A DNA stretch of 62,911 bases, filler included, from Syncephalis fuscata S228 (lineage: Eukaryota; Fungi; Zoopagomycota): the NCBI GenBank assembly GCA_025786725.1. It is 4 parts of 4 records of this genome, joined end to end, with 100 filler letters (N's around TTAATTAATTAA, not from the genome) between each part and the next. Parts side by side here need not be neighbours in the genome. Positions count along the whole stretch, not along the records: positions 32,834 to 48,360 come from JAHLTZ010000214.1; positions 48,461 to 62,911 come from JAHLTZ010000233.1; 2 more parts are not named here. One strand, written 5' to 3'. The position numbers and the translations under genes were made by a program. Positions 36,114 through 49,216 of the stretch are shown here, piece after piece. Numbering within the stretch: position 1 is the stretch's first letter; each line of letters opens with the position of its first letter. The notes below the pieces were generated by a model that saw only the letters and a program-made list of their open reading frames with translations, did no database searches and was not told where the DNA came from.

Positions 36114-36621
36114 CCGTTAGTCAGTTTTACTACTGAAAAGTGGTATTTGTTGAAGCAGTGTCATATCAACTTCGATTGAATTAATTGAAGTTGAATTAAT
36201 CAGTACTACTTTCAATATCGAAATGGATATGAAATAGTATTTCATGTCACTTACAATGAATGTTACATTTGATTACGATATTGATGCAACAGCAGAATAT
36301 GGAAATAAAGAGGCCATTTAGACGCAGGAAACCACACTGTATCAGTAACAACGATAACAACTGTGGAATGATATGGAAGCATAATCATATGGCTTTTATT
36401 AATATTTGAGCAATTTTTCTACGCATGGCTAACAACAACAATAATCGACTTCAAATGTTTCAAAGAAATCGAATAGTATGTTACATATTTTATTTAAATC
36501 GACCCGCCAGCAATATTTTAATAGGAAGCAATACAACTATGTTTGTTATGCATAACTGAGCGACTTCAATTGGAACGAATTTTACTTTGGGGACTCAAAA
36601 TATGAGAGTCAAAGCAAAATT
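36114..36621 (+). mobile_element. ~500-bp internally deleted (non-autonomous) Fanzor-element derivative
   Basis: The left part matches 9612-9800 and is fused directly to the Fanzor C-terminal remnant (CGMIWKHNHMAFINI) and the conserved 3' tail ending in the hairpin AATTTTACTTTG...CAAAGCAAAATT. Confidence 0.75.
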
Positions 36622-38232
36622 GGGGAATTTTGAAAAAGCTAAAAATGTTTGATAAGAAAAAAGTTAATTACAATAAATACAACAGATTTTAATTTAAAAT
36701 TTTGCTTATTTGTTTAATTTAGTTGATTGTAGCAATATAAACAGCAATGCCAACCGTGTTTTATTTGCCAAAAGACTTCCAATAATATACTGGTGGCAAA
36801 TGCAACTTAAAAATACAATACAAGAACATGCTTTATAAGGATTAGTATTAAGGATATTGAGCTAGTAGTTAATGTTGAAATAAACGTTTTTATTGAATAA
36901 ATACAAACTACTAATGAAACAGCTATTAAAATGAAGAAAGTGTAATGCAGGCAAAAATTATTTGATTAATAGATATTTTTTTAATTTAAGATTTAACCAA
37001 CAAATAAAATTAGGCTGGCTTATTTAGAGCGTTTCAGATATTAAATTTAGCAATTAAATAATTCCGAATTACATAAAAGTATTATTGATTTGATCAACTC
37101 AAACTAATTAGTTGGTGTATCAAGCAAGAGTGAATATATGCAAAATAAAATCGTCAACACGACATTTGTCATTGATAAACTAAAACAATCTACTCGTAAC
37201 ATTCATTTCTAAATTTTACAGTAGCCGCATTAATATTTTAATTTAAAAAGTCATAGAACATGGCGAAAGAAGCTTATGAGGGCGCTGTGACGGATCATTT
37301 AAACCACTTGGTTTGTATTAAATCTTATGATATTTTTATCAACTAAATAAAGATAACTTTTCCACAATATTAAGCACGTTATTGGCTGTTTAATGTAATT
37401 TGGCAGTTAAATAGCTATAATAGCCACTCATTTAAACAAAATATTTGTTTTTATTGAAGATAAAGCTAGGTGATGAGTGCCATTGGACATTAAATGTTTA
37501 GTTATCATTATTATTGTACTATACATATCTATCTTGTATACACATACTATATGTCCGTCTATATCGTTAACATTGTAAATTGTAGAAATTATATTAGAAA
37601 AAGCTAAAAGCTTGTTGCTAACTGTATTCTTTTAGCAGATCTTGATCCATTTCGTTCATTGCTCTTGGTCAATTACACACAGTATAGTTTCACTATTACT
37701 ATTCATGTATTTGATTTGTTAATTTATTTTGTTTTATAGTATTATATGCTTTATTGCCATGTTTTATTAAAAAAGCATCTTTATTCTAATTTCAGCATAC
37801 TATTATTTGACTATATGGTAATGATATCTTTGCTACTATTCATACCAATCTATGCCTATAGCTTACATGATATAATCATACGCATTTTGTTATTAATCTA
37901 ACTATTTAATTAATGATAGTCAATTACTGAATGCAAATAAAACATGCTTATAGATATAACAATTTGATTGTATATAGTTAAGATGAAACCATAAGTTTAT
38001 TACTATAAACTTGCACAGTTGAATAGGGACAACTAAATGCAAACCTATTGGTAAAATAGTGGTTCCATTGATTAAAGACTGGATAAACCGGAGCATTGGC
38101 CAAAACTTGATGTATAAATAGACTGGACGGCGTAATTGTCAAATGGTCTTGTTTTTTACCGAATATATACCTAAATTATATTGGAATAGTGGTTTGATTG
38201 CACTACCGATGCTGATGTCTTGGAACCATCGA

Positions 38233-38379
38233 TTAACGCCCAAAACCGTCAAAGTCCCAAGGAGCACGACGAACCAAAGTTGATTCATCATCCACCATGG
38301 TTGGTTTAGCATCGACCATGGTTGTAGCGGCTATCAAAGCCACAACGACGATGCAAACGGCGGCAATAGAAAGCTTCAT
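38233..38379 (-). CDS. 48-aa secreted peptide precursor MKLSIAAVCIVVVALIAATTMVDAKPTMVDDESTLVRR-APWDFDGFGR*
   Basis: Signal peptide, acidic pro-region and dibasic RR. Signal exon and upstream region are homologous to the gene starting at 1348. Confidence 0.75.
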   Translation of the reverse strand: MKLSIAAVCIVVVALIAATTMVDAKPTMVDDESTLVRRAPWDFDGFGR

Positions 38380-38753
38380 GGTGATATTGATTTGTTGATA
38401 CAAACAACTAAAAGAGATAGTAGAGTGTGGTTGATATAAAGTGGAGAGTAGTGCGTGTATAGCAAGAAGTAAAGTTTGATTGGTATAAAGTGGAGAGTAG
38501 TGTGTGTTTGGTAAGAAATAGAGTGTGATACTGATATCACAGTTAGTTGCGTATATTTTGTGGGCTATTTAAACTTATAGCTATGCTGAGATGTCAGTAT
38601 ACTACAGTATACGAGATATACCATTGATGTGTAATATGAATCAATAAGGCAATCTAGGTGATGGTTTGAAATGGGCATGTACCAATAGATTCATGGTGTG
38701 ATAGGGTGCTCTTAGCCTTTACTTCAGTCTTACTGGCCTTAGTTTAACCTATT

Positions 38754-39210
38754 CGGTCTTTACTCCAACCTGCTAGTCATTTGCGCAAATAACACAGCAA
38801 TGGTAATAATCCAGTACATATGTAATAAAAATAGCTATACTAGCCTGTATTTTTTGTTACACGGTCTAACTATTTGGTAAAAACAAGTGCATTGCTTGGT
38901 TTTGTAAAACGATAATGGTGTCTTTGCTGCCATTTCTACCGATTCGGTCCTTAATATCTGCATACATACAAAATAATGCATAACCTGACCGGTCTTTACT
39001 TCAACCTGCTGGTTATTTGCGCAAATAACACAGCAATGGTAATAATCCAGTACATATGTAATAAAAATAGCTATACTAGCCTGTATTTTTTGTTACACGG
39101 TCTAACTATTTGGTAAAAACAAGTGCATTGCTTGGTTTTGTAAAACGATAATGGTGTCTTTGCTGCCATTTCTACCGATTCGGTCCTTAATATCTGCATA
39201 CAAATAATGT
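38754..39210. repeat. Direct tandem duplication, ~236-bp unit x2, upstream of the peptide gene
   Basis: CGGTCTTTACT.CAACCTGCT...CGGTCCTTAATATCTGCATAC starts at 38754 and again at 38990. Confidence 0.9.
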
Positions 39211-39313
39211 ACAACACTGACGCAAAAACAGGTTTAATGTATCAAACTGGTATTTTGTACAGGTTTTTACTGCTATAAATAGGTCAATTGTAATTCCTTA
39301 AATTATAAAGTGA

Positions 39314-40860
39314 ATGGATTGGTTTTATGGTGCATTTCATTCAACACTATGCCCATTATTATGGGGTAGTCATTGCTTTGAATTAACTAATGCATTACAT
39401 TCAGGCATATTATACCACATGTTGTGCAACTACCATCATTCAAATGACGGCCAATCTAAATTACCTGAAATTGTCTATTCAATAAGTACTGTTTGTTCAT
39501 GATGCATCACAGCATTTTGAGCAATGAAACATTCTAACAAGTTATTTTTGTCATCAGTTTTCAGCTGTAAACTAAATTGCATCTGTTAAATTATACACAA
39601 TACAATATGAAGACACTAGACTAGACACAATAGAAAGCTCTAACCAAGTACCAGCAATTTCAAGTCCATAATGTCAATGGATTGTATATCAACCGGTAAT
39701 TATCCAAGGCTTAACTGCTGCTTACATTTCTAAAACTACTTTTGACAAATTAAGCAAGATAGAATATAGAAAAACAAGCCAAGGCAGAAACCAATGAAAA
39801 AACAATTGACAGCTCAAAAACTTACTGGTTTAGCTTATAGCAAATCATTATAGCTATGCTAAGCTGGACTGCATTTATCAAATCTGGCTGCTGCTGATGC
39901 GGCCAGAACTGCAACAACGTTAAGTTAAGATAACACACAAAAAACAGAGAGTTGTAAATATAATTAAATTAATAAGTTTAGTAGTTAAATAACTTATTAT
40001 TGCCACTATAATTTATAATGCTAGTTGTTTGTACAAATAATATTTATAATTACATCATAACTTCTTATATACTTACATGTACACGACCACCAACTAAGCC
40101 AACTATTATAAGGCTTAATTTAATTATTTATCAAAGTAAGCAGCTAATATTATACAATAATGTTGAATATAACAATATAAATAGCATGCGTATATGAACA
40201 TCAATAAAGAACATTATTTAATCTCTAGTTTTTGCTTCTCTTATTTTACATTAACATCTGTTCAAGTAACCTCAACGGCAGCCACATCTTCTGGTTACAC
40301 CTTTCGTTACAAGATATTCCTAATGAAAACACTCAACCTATCATTATTGCATATGGTGGAGGCCATTTGCTTTATCAATGGTAGAAAAATAAACTGTGCC
40401 TACCAAGTTGATATCAAGAATGTTCAAGAGAATGGTGAACATTAGAAATGCTAGTCGTCCTACCTTCTTGTTATCATAGACGAGTATTTTACATTACAAA
40501 TATGCCCAAAATGCAGCATTAGAAGATTGGAAAATAGAAGAGACCATTCAGACGCAAGAAACCACACTGTACTTAGTAACAATAATAACAACTGCGTAAC
40601 GATATGGAATCGCGATCAATGGCTTTTTATTAATGATTGATCAATCTTTCTACGCATAGCCAATAACAACAATAATCGGTTTTAAATGTTTCAAGAAATC
40701 AAATAGCATGTTAAATTCTTTTATTCAAATAAATTTATTAACAACATTTTAATATGAAGTAATATAACTATGTTTGCTGTGCATAACAGTACGAATTGAA
40801 TTGAAACGAATTTTGCTTTGAAGGCTCCAAATGTGGGAGTCAAAGTACAACTTAACCATA
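39314..40860 (+). pseudogene. Longest Fanzor (TnpB-family RNA-guided nuclease) pseudogene remnant in the window
   Basis: Ordered broken motifs: KQAKAETNEKTIDSSKTY (~39773), NTQPIIIAYGGG (~40330), LLVIIDEYFTLQICPKC...CVTIWNRD (40461-40620), then the shared non-coding 3' tail. The 5' boundary is uncertain. Confidence 0.75.
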
Positions 40861-41216
40861 ATAAAATCTAGATTACGTAAATGTTAATAATAATAATAAT
40901 AAATAGATCGATCGTTAGTAAATTCTTTGTAAATCAGTGTGTTCATGTATAGTATTTATTATTAATGTGTTCTAATACTACTTATTAATTGGCTAATAAA
41001 AATAGTGAAATTCAATTATTAAACTGATGGGAATGATGATGGTGGATATCAATTTGCAGTCACATCAAGATCTGTATTAGTTTGATCATCATTTGATAGC
41101 AAATAAAAGGAGCGTATTTGATATGGGATGGACCGGGGCAGTTGGCCACGTCTTTCTGCTATCCCACGGCTGTTATAGCGTATATTTACTGGTTTTTCTA
41201 TTGACAGACTACTACT

Positions 41217-43682
41217 ATGTCGTATGCTTCAATTGCACGTGGTGGCCGTATAGCCAGTACACGGTTGGCAACTTCGACCGGTAATGTTCATATGTAAGTA
41301 TAGTGTCTATCGTCTAGTTATTAGCAGTAGCCAATACTGATGATATCAATGCCTATCACATTCGTTACCAGTTGGCCTCGCCAGTCGGTGCGTCATCAGT
41401 CCAATGGAAGTGCAAGTAATTCTGGGAAAGCGATACTTAATCGATATAGCGCGCGTATTACGCAACCAAAGTCGCAGGGTGCCTCTCAGGCTATGTGTAA
41501 GCTATAATAAATACCATTAATATTGATACTTATTATTATAATTATAGTATATGCCACCGGTCTAAAGGAAAATGATATGGCCAAGGCACAAGTGGGCATT
41601 TCAAGCGTGTAAGTATAAGTGTTGTAATAAATTGTTATAATAATAGTATTTTCTAGCTGGTATGAAGGCAATCCGTGTAATATGCACTTGAATGAATTGG
41701 CCGCAAAGGTTAAAGAAGGTGTTGAACAGGCCGGCCTAGTAGGCTATCGTTTTAACACGATTGGTGTTAGTGACGGTATTAGTATGGGCACAACTGGTAT
41801 GCGCTATTCACTACAGTCACGCGAGATTATTGCCGACTCTATAGAGACGGTAGGTGGTCTATATTTACTTTATAGATAATCAGCCAACTAAAAGACTATT
41901 AATTAGGTGATGGGTGCCCAGTGGTATGATGCCAATATTTCATTACCAGGTAAATAGTCAAATATGGATATTTTATGTTATATATCTAATGATTTACGTA
42001 ATTAGGCTGTGACAAGAACATGCCTGGTTGTATTATTGCTATGGGCCGTATTAATCGACCATCATTGATGATTTATGGTGGCACGATTAAACCGGGCCAT
42101 TCTGCTTGCACTAACCAGCCATTGGATGTTGTGTCTGTGTTTCAATGTTATGGCGAATACATCTCTGGTAAAATAACCGAAGAAGAACGCCAAGACATTG
42201 TTCGACATGCCTGTCCAGGTGCAGGTGCCTGTGGTGGCATGTATACCGCCAATACGAGTACGTATTAACATTTAACATTTAATGCTGTTATAATAACAAT
42301 AATACTAATGTATTATCCCAATCTATTAATCTGGACAGTGGCTAGTGCTATTGAAGCGATGGGTTTAACCTTGCCGTATAGTTCATCTATACCGGCTGAA
42401 GATCCACTCAAACTAGCAGAATGCGTAAAGGCTGGCGAGGCCATTAAACACTTACTTGAACTGGACTTGAAGCCACGCGATATTATTACACGAGAATCGT
42501 TTGAAAATGCTATGGTGTTAACCATTGCTTTAGGAGGTTTGTTTTCTGTTATAGTTATCATATTAGTCAGTCAATAACCGTATACTATCAGGTTCTACCA
42601 ATGCTGTACTCCATTTGATTGCCATTGCACGTGCATTTGGCATTAAATTGACATTGGATGATTTCCAAGCCGTGAGTGATCGTGTTCCATTTATTGCTGA
42701 TTTGAAGCCAAGGTATAGTGATCATCAATAGTAGCAATCAAAACAATCTAATCTATTATTTATTATAGTGGTAAATATGTTATGGAAGATGTGCACAATA
42801 TTGGTGGTACTCCAGGTAAGACCATTGACTATTATATTATTATATTACCAACATATTGATCCATTAATTATGATTAGCGGTATTGAAACATTTACTTGCT
42901 GAAGGATTGATCAACGGCGGATGTATGACCGTAACTGGCCGTACACTAGCCGAGAATCTACGCAATCTGCCTTCATTGTCCAATGACCAGCCTATTCTCC
43001 GACCATTATCGGATCCTATCAAGCCTACCGGACATTTACAAATACTCCGAGGCAATCTTGCTCCCGAAGGATCTGTGGCCAAGATTACCGGCAAAGAAGG
43101 ATTACACTTTGAAGGAGAAGCACGGGTATTTGATCGTGAAGAAGCTATGTTAATTGCTTTAGAACGAGGTGAAATTGGTAAAGGACATGTGGTCGTTATT
43201 CGATATGAAGGTCCACAAGGTGGTCCAGGCATGCCAGAAATGTGTAAGCCACTATTTTTATAGCTATAGTAATGAACTAATAGGCCAATTATGTATATAG
43301 TAACACCAACTAGTGCCATTATGGGTGCCGGTCTTGGTAAAGACGTGGCTCTACTTACTGATGGTCGCTTCTCTGGTGGAAGCCATGTAAGTAGCTGCCG
43401 ATAATTAGTATTTGTATTAATCTGCATTGATATCCAGGGATTTATTATTGGTCATATTACACCAGAAGCGCAAGTGGGTGGTCCAATCGCCCTTCTAAAG
43501 AACGGTGACCGTGTTGTTATTGATGCAAACACACGTGAAATTACCATGAAGGTCTCAGATGAAGAGTTGGCCGTCGACGTGCTAAGTGGCAAGCACCGCC
43601 TTTGAAGGCCACCAGTGGCACTTTGTACAAATTCATCAAAAATGTCTCATCTGCAACCGACGGATGTGTAACTGATGCATAA
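41217..43682 (+). CDS. ILV3: Dihydroxy-acid dehydratase (mitochondrial), multi-exon
   Basis: [105 protein letters not shown]. Confidence 0.97.
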
Positions 43683-45084
43683 TTGGCCATAATTGTCACT
43701 GTCGTCGTCATTAGTATTAGTAATAATGCCAATACTACTACTAATAATATACTATGACTGGAGTAGTTGATGGGTGTTTATTCTTTATCAAAGGATTGTT
43801 TGTACAGAGTGTTACCCATGTAACTCAAGTAAATCCATTCAAATAGGCCTGTGTCCATTTTTGAACAAATGAAAAGTATTTACAACTATTTTAGTAGAAC
43901 GTGTGTGCATGTGTGAGTGTGAGTGTGTGGATGTGGATGTGTATGGATTGTAGTGTGAAGAGTAATAACCAGACTTTTATGCATGCAGTAAAAAGTCGTG
44001 TGTGTAACAACAAGATTACCAATAATATCGAAGTGTCAATACCGCCTTTCCTTTTTACTTTCTTATCAAGTTAGAACGCGTGTTGTTAGAGTGGAATTGA
44101 CTTTTTTGAACTGATTGATATTCCGATAATAAGTAGATACAAATGGAATAAAATGCTATTGGTAGTAAATAGTGGTTATTAAACTGGATAGTAATAATAG
44201 AAATATAGTATTAATATACTAATATATTGATATACTAATAGTTGCTAAATAGTAGTATAAATACAGGTTTATTATTAACAATTCAAGGTGATTTATATAT
44301 TTATAGAAATAGGCACCATTAATGGAGTAGAATAAAAGTATATATAAATAGGCATCAATAGACAAAGCATCACAAATTTTCCTATTATTATTACAAACAC
44401 ACACACACACACACACACTTTACTCATACGTTCACTCTCACACACGCACCCATCATTGAATCTTTATTCGGCTAGTTTCTATCGTTGTTTGTTACCAATT
44501 ATTTTCGTATTCTAGTGTTGAGTGGTGTAAAAAGTGCTTGAAATACGTTTTCTGTTATTCGAGTATGCAATTGTTTGTTAAGACTCATCAGCTGATTATT
44601 CGTTATTTTACCGGCTGTATTGACACAGGTAAGTTGTATTTAGAGAAGCGCTGGATCTTGCGTATTTTATAATGCTGGTTTCTTGGCGTTACAAAATACA
44701 GCAAACAGCCATCAATCTATACGTGTTTGCGTGTATGTAGAATAGGCGAGTGAGTGAGTACAAGTTACAAGTTATGCTTTAACTTGTGCATATACTCGAT
44801 ATATGCATCTATTTTTATTATGCATCATTTGAGCTATATCGTTATGCATATATGCTACTCGTGTTTTTTCTGCATATAATGGCTATATTATTCGTTTGAT
44901 ATAACAGCATTATGCGTTATTATTGCCTTGATAGGCACAAATGGATATACACGCGTGTATCTTGCCTATTCTGTTATACTAACCGGCCATCTATGCTATC
45001 TATTTGAATTTTTTATTGTATTTAGCCACGATTGTTATCTTCCATAACTTGATATCATCCGAATTACGGTGATTGTTTGCTGTA

Positions 45085-48000
45085 ATGAATGGGCGTGACC
45101 GTCAGATGTCGGGTGCATCTACGCTACCCGATGACCGTGGTGGTGGATCCTATGCTAACTATCCAACACCATCTTCTATGACACCATATGCCAATGGTGG
45201 AGGAGATGCTTTAGCCGAACAAGTAAGTTAAATATATAGCTATAATAGAATGATTAATAACCTATTATGAATAGGAGGCACATCGATATTATCAACAACA
45301 ACAACAACAACATCGATCTATGCATACATCGTCTCATACTACTTCACATCGACACGGTTATACATCTCAATCTGATTTGGAAGCATCTGCTTTACATTAT
45401 CATCACCAACAACAACAACAGCAGCAGCAGCACAGCAGCAACAACACAACAGTCGCACCATCACCACCATCAACAACAACAACAACAACAGGCAGCATCA
45501 TATCATCAGCGTCCCTCGCATGGCTATCATACTTCGTCTTCATCTGGACATTCAGCCAATTATATGCAAAAGCCTTCAAGCTCACATAGTACGGCACATC
45601 AATATCCATATCACCACAATTTGCATACAATGCACCATGGCTCTTCACTATCACCGGTACAGCCACCACGATCTGCTTATGCGTATACCGGCCATTCGTC
45701 TACGCATCATCCACACCAACCACAACAAACAGCTCAAACACCAGTGCAACATTATCGTGAGCCTGTAACACCGGTACAACAACACTTTCAATCTAAATAT
45801 GCCGATAAACCAAATCATAATGACGCAGCTGATGCAATGAATGCCTATAGACATACACATCATGCCTATCATCCACACGACCGCCGTGGATCTATATCGC
45901 ACTCGCATGCTCATATGACACATCCAACATCAAGCCCTGCTTACCATTCGGTTGCACGTCAAAGTGAATCCGCAGCCACGATGCATCATCGACAACAAGG
46001 CCTACCGAGTAGTGGCAGTACAGCAAGTAGACATATGATGGATCCACGCTACACATCACATAACTACATGGGCACTTCATCTGGCCGATCTGATTCTAGA
46101 GTAAGTTAATTAGACTAATTTATTGATTTATAACAATATTAATGAATGATATAGTTGCACTATTCAGCCGATCATCGAGAATCGCACGTTAATAGTAGTG
46201 GCATGCCTAGTAGTCATGATCCAAATATGGCTTATACTGCTAGTTCAGCACATACAACCGGATCACACGTACATTCTAGTGGTGGTGGTGTGGTGTACGT
46301 GAAGTATGGGAACGAGGTGACAGAAGAGCCCATAATGTACCAAATGATTGGATGGAGTCTAATCGACCTGGAACAAGTTATCATGATATACATGATGAAC
46401 GAGCATATCGTCAAGTGCCACCAGCATCTACAAAATCATCGGTAGTAACACAGCAGCAGCACCACCACCACCACCAAATGCTACTACACCCACGATAGCC
46501 AGTGGACGTCATCGTGCTTCATCCATTTCATCGAATAAAATGATATCTACACGACAAGAACAGCATCCACATCATCAACACCACCAGCAGCATCATTCAC
46601 AACAACAGCAACAACAGTCATCGTCACAGCAACAGCAACAGCATCAGCATCACCCATTGGCGCCATCAACACCAGCATCTGGATATTCATCGCATACACC
46701 CAATCATACATTACCAAGTCATGCTAAATCGTCACAGATAAATCAACAGTCAGAATTGCGTCCTCGTTCAGCATCAACTAGTATTTATCCTACCAATGGA
46801 GATATGTTGCCTGGACCAAATGAATTAAAACGAAAAGCGGAACAGCCACGTACAAGTTCTAGTATTGCACCTACACCGCCATTATCAAAACAAATGGCTA
46901 CTTCAGAAGTGACAAAGCACGATACTATGCATAGCGCCAACACTGGCATAGAACGTACTCATGCTTATACGGCAGATACACATAGAGCGAGTCAGCATCA
47001 ACATGTGCCAACAAGCCATATTCAAACGGAACAGCAGTGGAGAGATGCGCGATATTTACAGACTCAAGCTGCTTATCGACATATTGGACGACGTGCATCG
47101 AAAGATATGCTAGAACCCGACACGAATACACCTATGGAAATGACGCCATCTTCCGAAAACTGTATGATAATTCGTCTTCGGCCAATGCTTCATCTGCACA
47201 TAGCTCTTTATATTATAATCGTGAAGATATAATGCATAATACACTGCCTCGTCGACGTCGTAGAAGTTCTGTTTATGCCATGGGCGACAAGCCATTAATG
47301 CCACCATATTCAAGTACAAAACCGGCCCCACTTGGCAATGACCATAGTGAGCATTTACCGCCAAAAGGATTGACTGAAAATGATGCAGCCAACATTCTAT
47401 GTAGTCTTCATCATGTGCAGCCCTCAGCGGCCGAATTAGACACTGAAGCAGTCGATTCACCAGCAAATTTAATTAACATGGCTCGTGAAAAGGCCGCCAA
47501 CGAACTAATCCACGTAGAATTGGATCCAGTTGTTGCAGCATGGGCAGCGGGTAAACGTGCAACATTACTTGCTTCATGTGAACCGGTCATGTCACCCTAT
47601 GGACCACAACATATAGTATCGGAACCCGAGCTAGCCGAAGAGGAGGAAGAGGAAGAAGAAGAGGAAGAAGAGGACGTAAAAACTAATACAAAAGTGCCAC
47701 TTTCACGATCCAGTACATTAAATTCAGATCGACAAGATGACGATAATGATCATAATGGTGGTAGTAATAATGGTGGTGCAGCTATTTCATCGCATTCATC
47801 TGCCGATTCGTATTCGACCGCCAACGATACAGGTAAAGAACCAAATGGACGTGACCATACAAGTTCGGGCAACGACAAACAGCACACATATACGTCGAAT
47901 AGGTATAACAATACTGCATCTACATCAAATGGCCATCAATACAATACAACAGAAAGAAGTACACAAAAACGACGAGCCTCTGAGGCTGGTTTAAAAGAAG

Positions 48001-48360
48001 GAGACAATGAGGATGGCACCATGTCAACCAAGCGTATTCTACTGCCAGAATCGACAGCTACCACATTAGCACCACCAATAATGATTGATATCAGCGATTC
48101 AGAAGAGACGAGCGAGCATAAGAACCGCTTTCAACACTGCCTACGATGTCAGTGGCGGTAACATGTAATCAAACATCGCCCACTTCTACTTTAAATTCTG
48201 TCACTAGTGAAATGAATGGTAAACATTTACCGGATATTGAATTACGCGCCACCACACCATCGACTGAATCGGATGAAAATGGCATAGAAGAACTATCGGA
48301 TACATCAAACATAACGGTATAAGGACGTCTAATGGCGAGGACAGTCAGCAAAATACAGCA
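45085..48360 (+). CDS. Large low-complexity His/Gln/Ser-rich protein of unknown function (frameshifted in the assembly, 3' end near the gap)
   Basis: Contiguous coding-like ORFs with poly-Q, poly-H and poly-E tracts and GT-AG introns; no recognisable domain. Confidence 0.6.
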
Positions 48361-48460
48361 NNNNNNNNNNNNNNNNNNNNNNNNNNNNNNNNNNNNNNNN
48401 NNNNTTAATTAATTAANNNNNNNNNNNNNNNNNNNNNNNNNNNNNNNNNNNNNNNNNNNN
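48361..48460. other. Artificial contig linker
   Basis: N44-TTAATTAATTAA-N44. Confidence 0.95.
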
Positions 48461-49216
48461 ATAGCTTTATTAGTCAGCGTCGCAAAACACCTGTACCTAG
48501 TATTATTGGATAGTCAATGGCTTGTTTCTTCTTTTTATTCTTTTATTTCTACGTGCATATTTTCTCTGTTTCATTGCCTCTTATATCTTTTTTCTTTAGC
48601 ATTAAGTACTCTGCTTCATTACTATTATTATACTATTTTTATACTTGTTAATTTTTGACATATTATTAATAACATGAGTTAATACATTGTGTTAATCACG
48701 AAATACTACAAAGCGTTTAATTTTTACTATTGTCTATTTTTACTAAAGCAATAGCTTTATTTAGTACTAATAAATATATAATCAGTTTTAGTCTCATTTT
48801 ATTCCTACTTTGTGCCATTAAAGGTTGTTCAGTTTATTGTATTGAAAATTTAATATTTAATGGGTAATAAAAAATAAATTATTATTAAAAAACAATATTA
48901 ACTAATCAGCACATTGCATTCTAATTGCTAAAAATAAGTGTTAACAAATATCAAAGACTAAAGGTATAGAATAGCATTAGGATAAAATGTTAGCTATCTA
49001 AAATACAGCTTTTAGAACCAAATTTTAACAATAATATAATTCATTTATGATAAACGTCATTTACAATTGTTTTTATTACATATGCCCTACTTTTAGGATC
49101 ATCATGCAAATGAATGCTTGTTTGTTTTTATTTAAAATAGTTGCACAAATATTTTAACATTAATGTGTAATGTCTATTAAAATTGCAAAATTGTATTATT
49201 CGTTGTTTTTATTATA

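Noticed and set aside
36650-37960. Possible fragmented multi-exon gene (e.g. MAKEAYEGAVTDHLNHL at 37260)
   Set aside because: No coherent model or recognisable homology could be assembled.
43565-43580. Apparent frameshift in ILV3 (similar ones near 47160, in UTP18, and at ~61880 in the acyl-CoA synthetase)
   Set aside because: Single-base losses in short homopolymers of otherwise intact conserved genes are most likely sequencing or consensus errors, not programmed frameshifts or pseudogenes.
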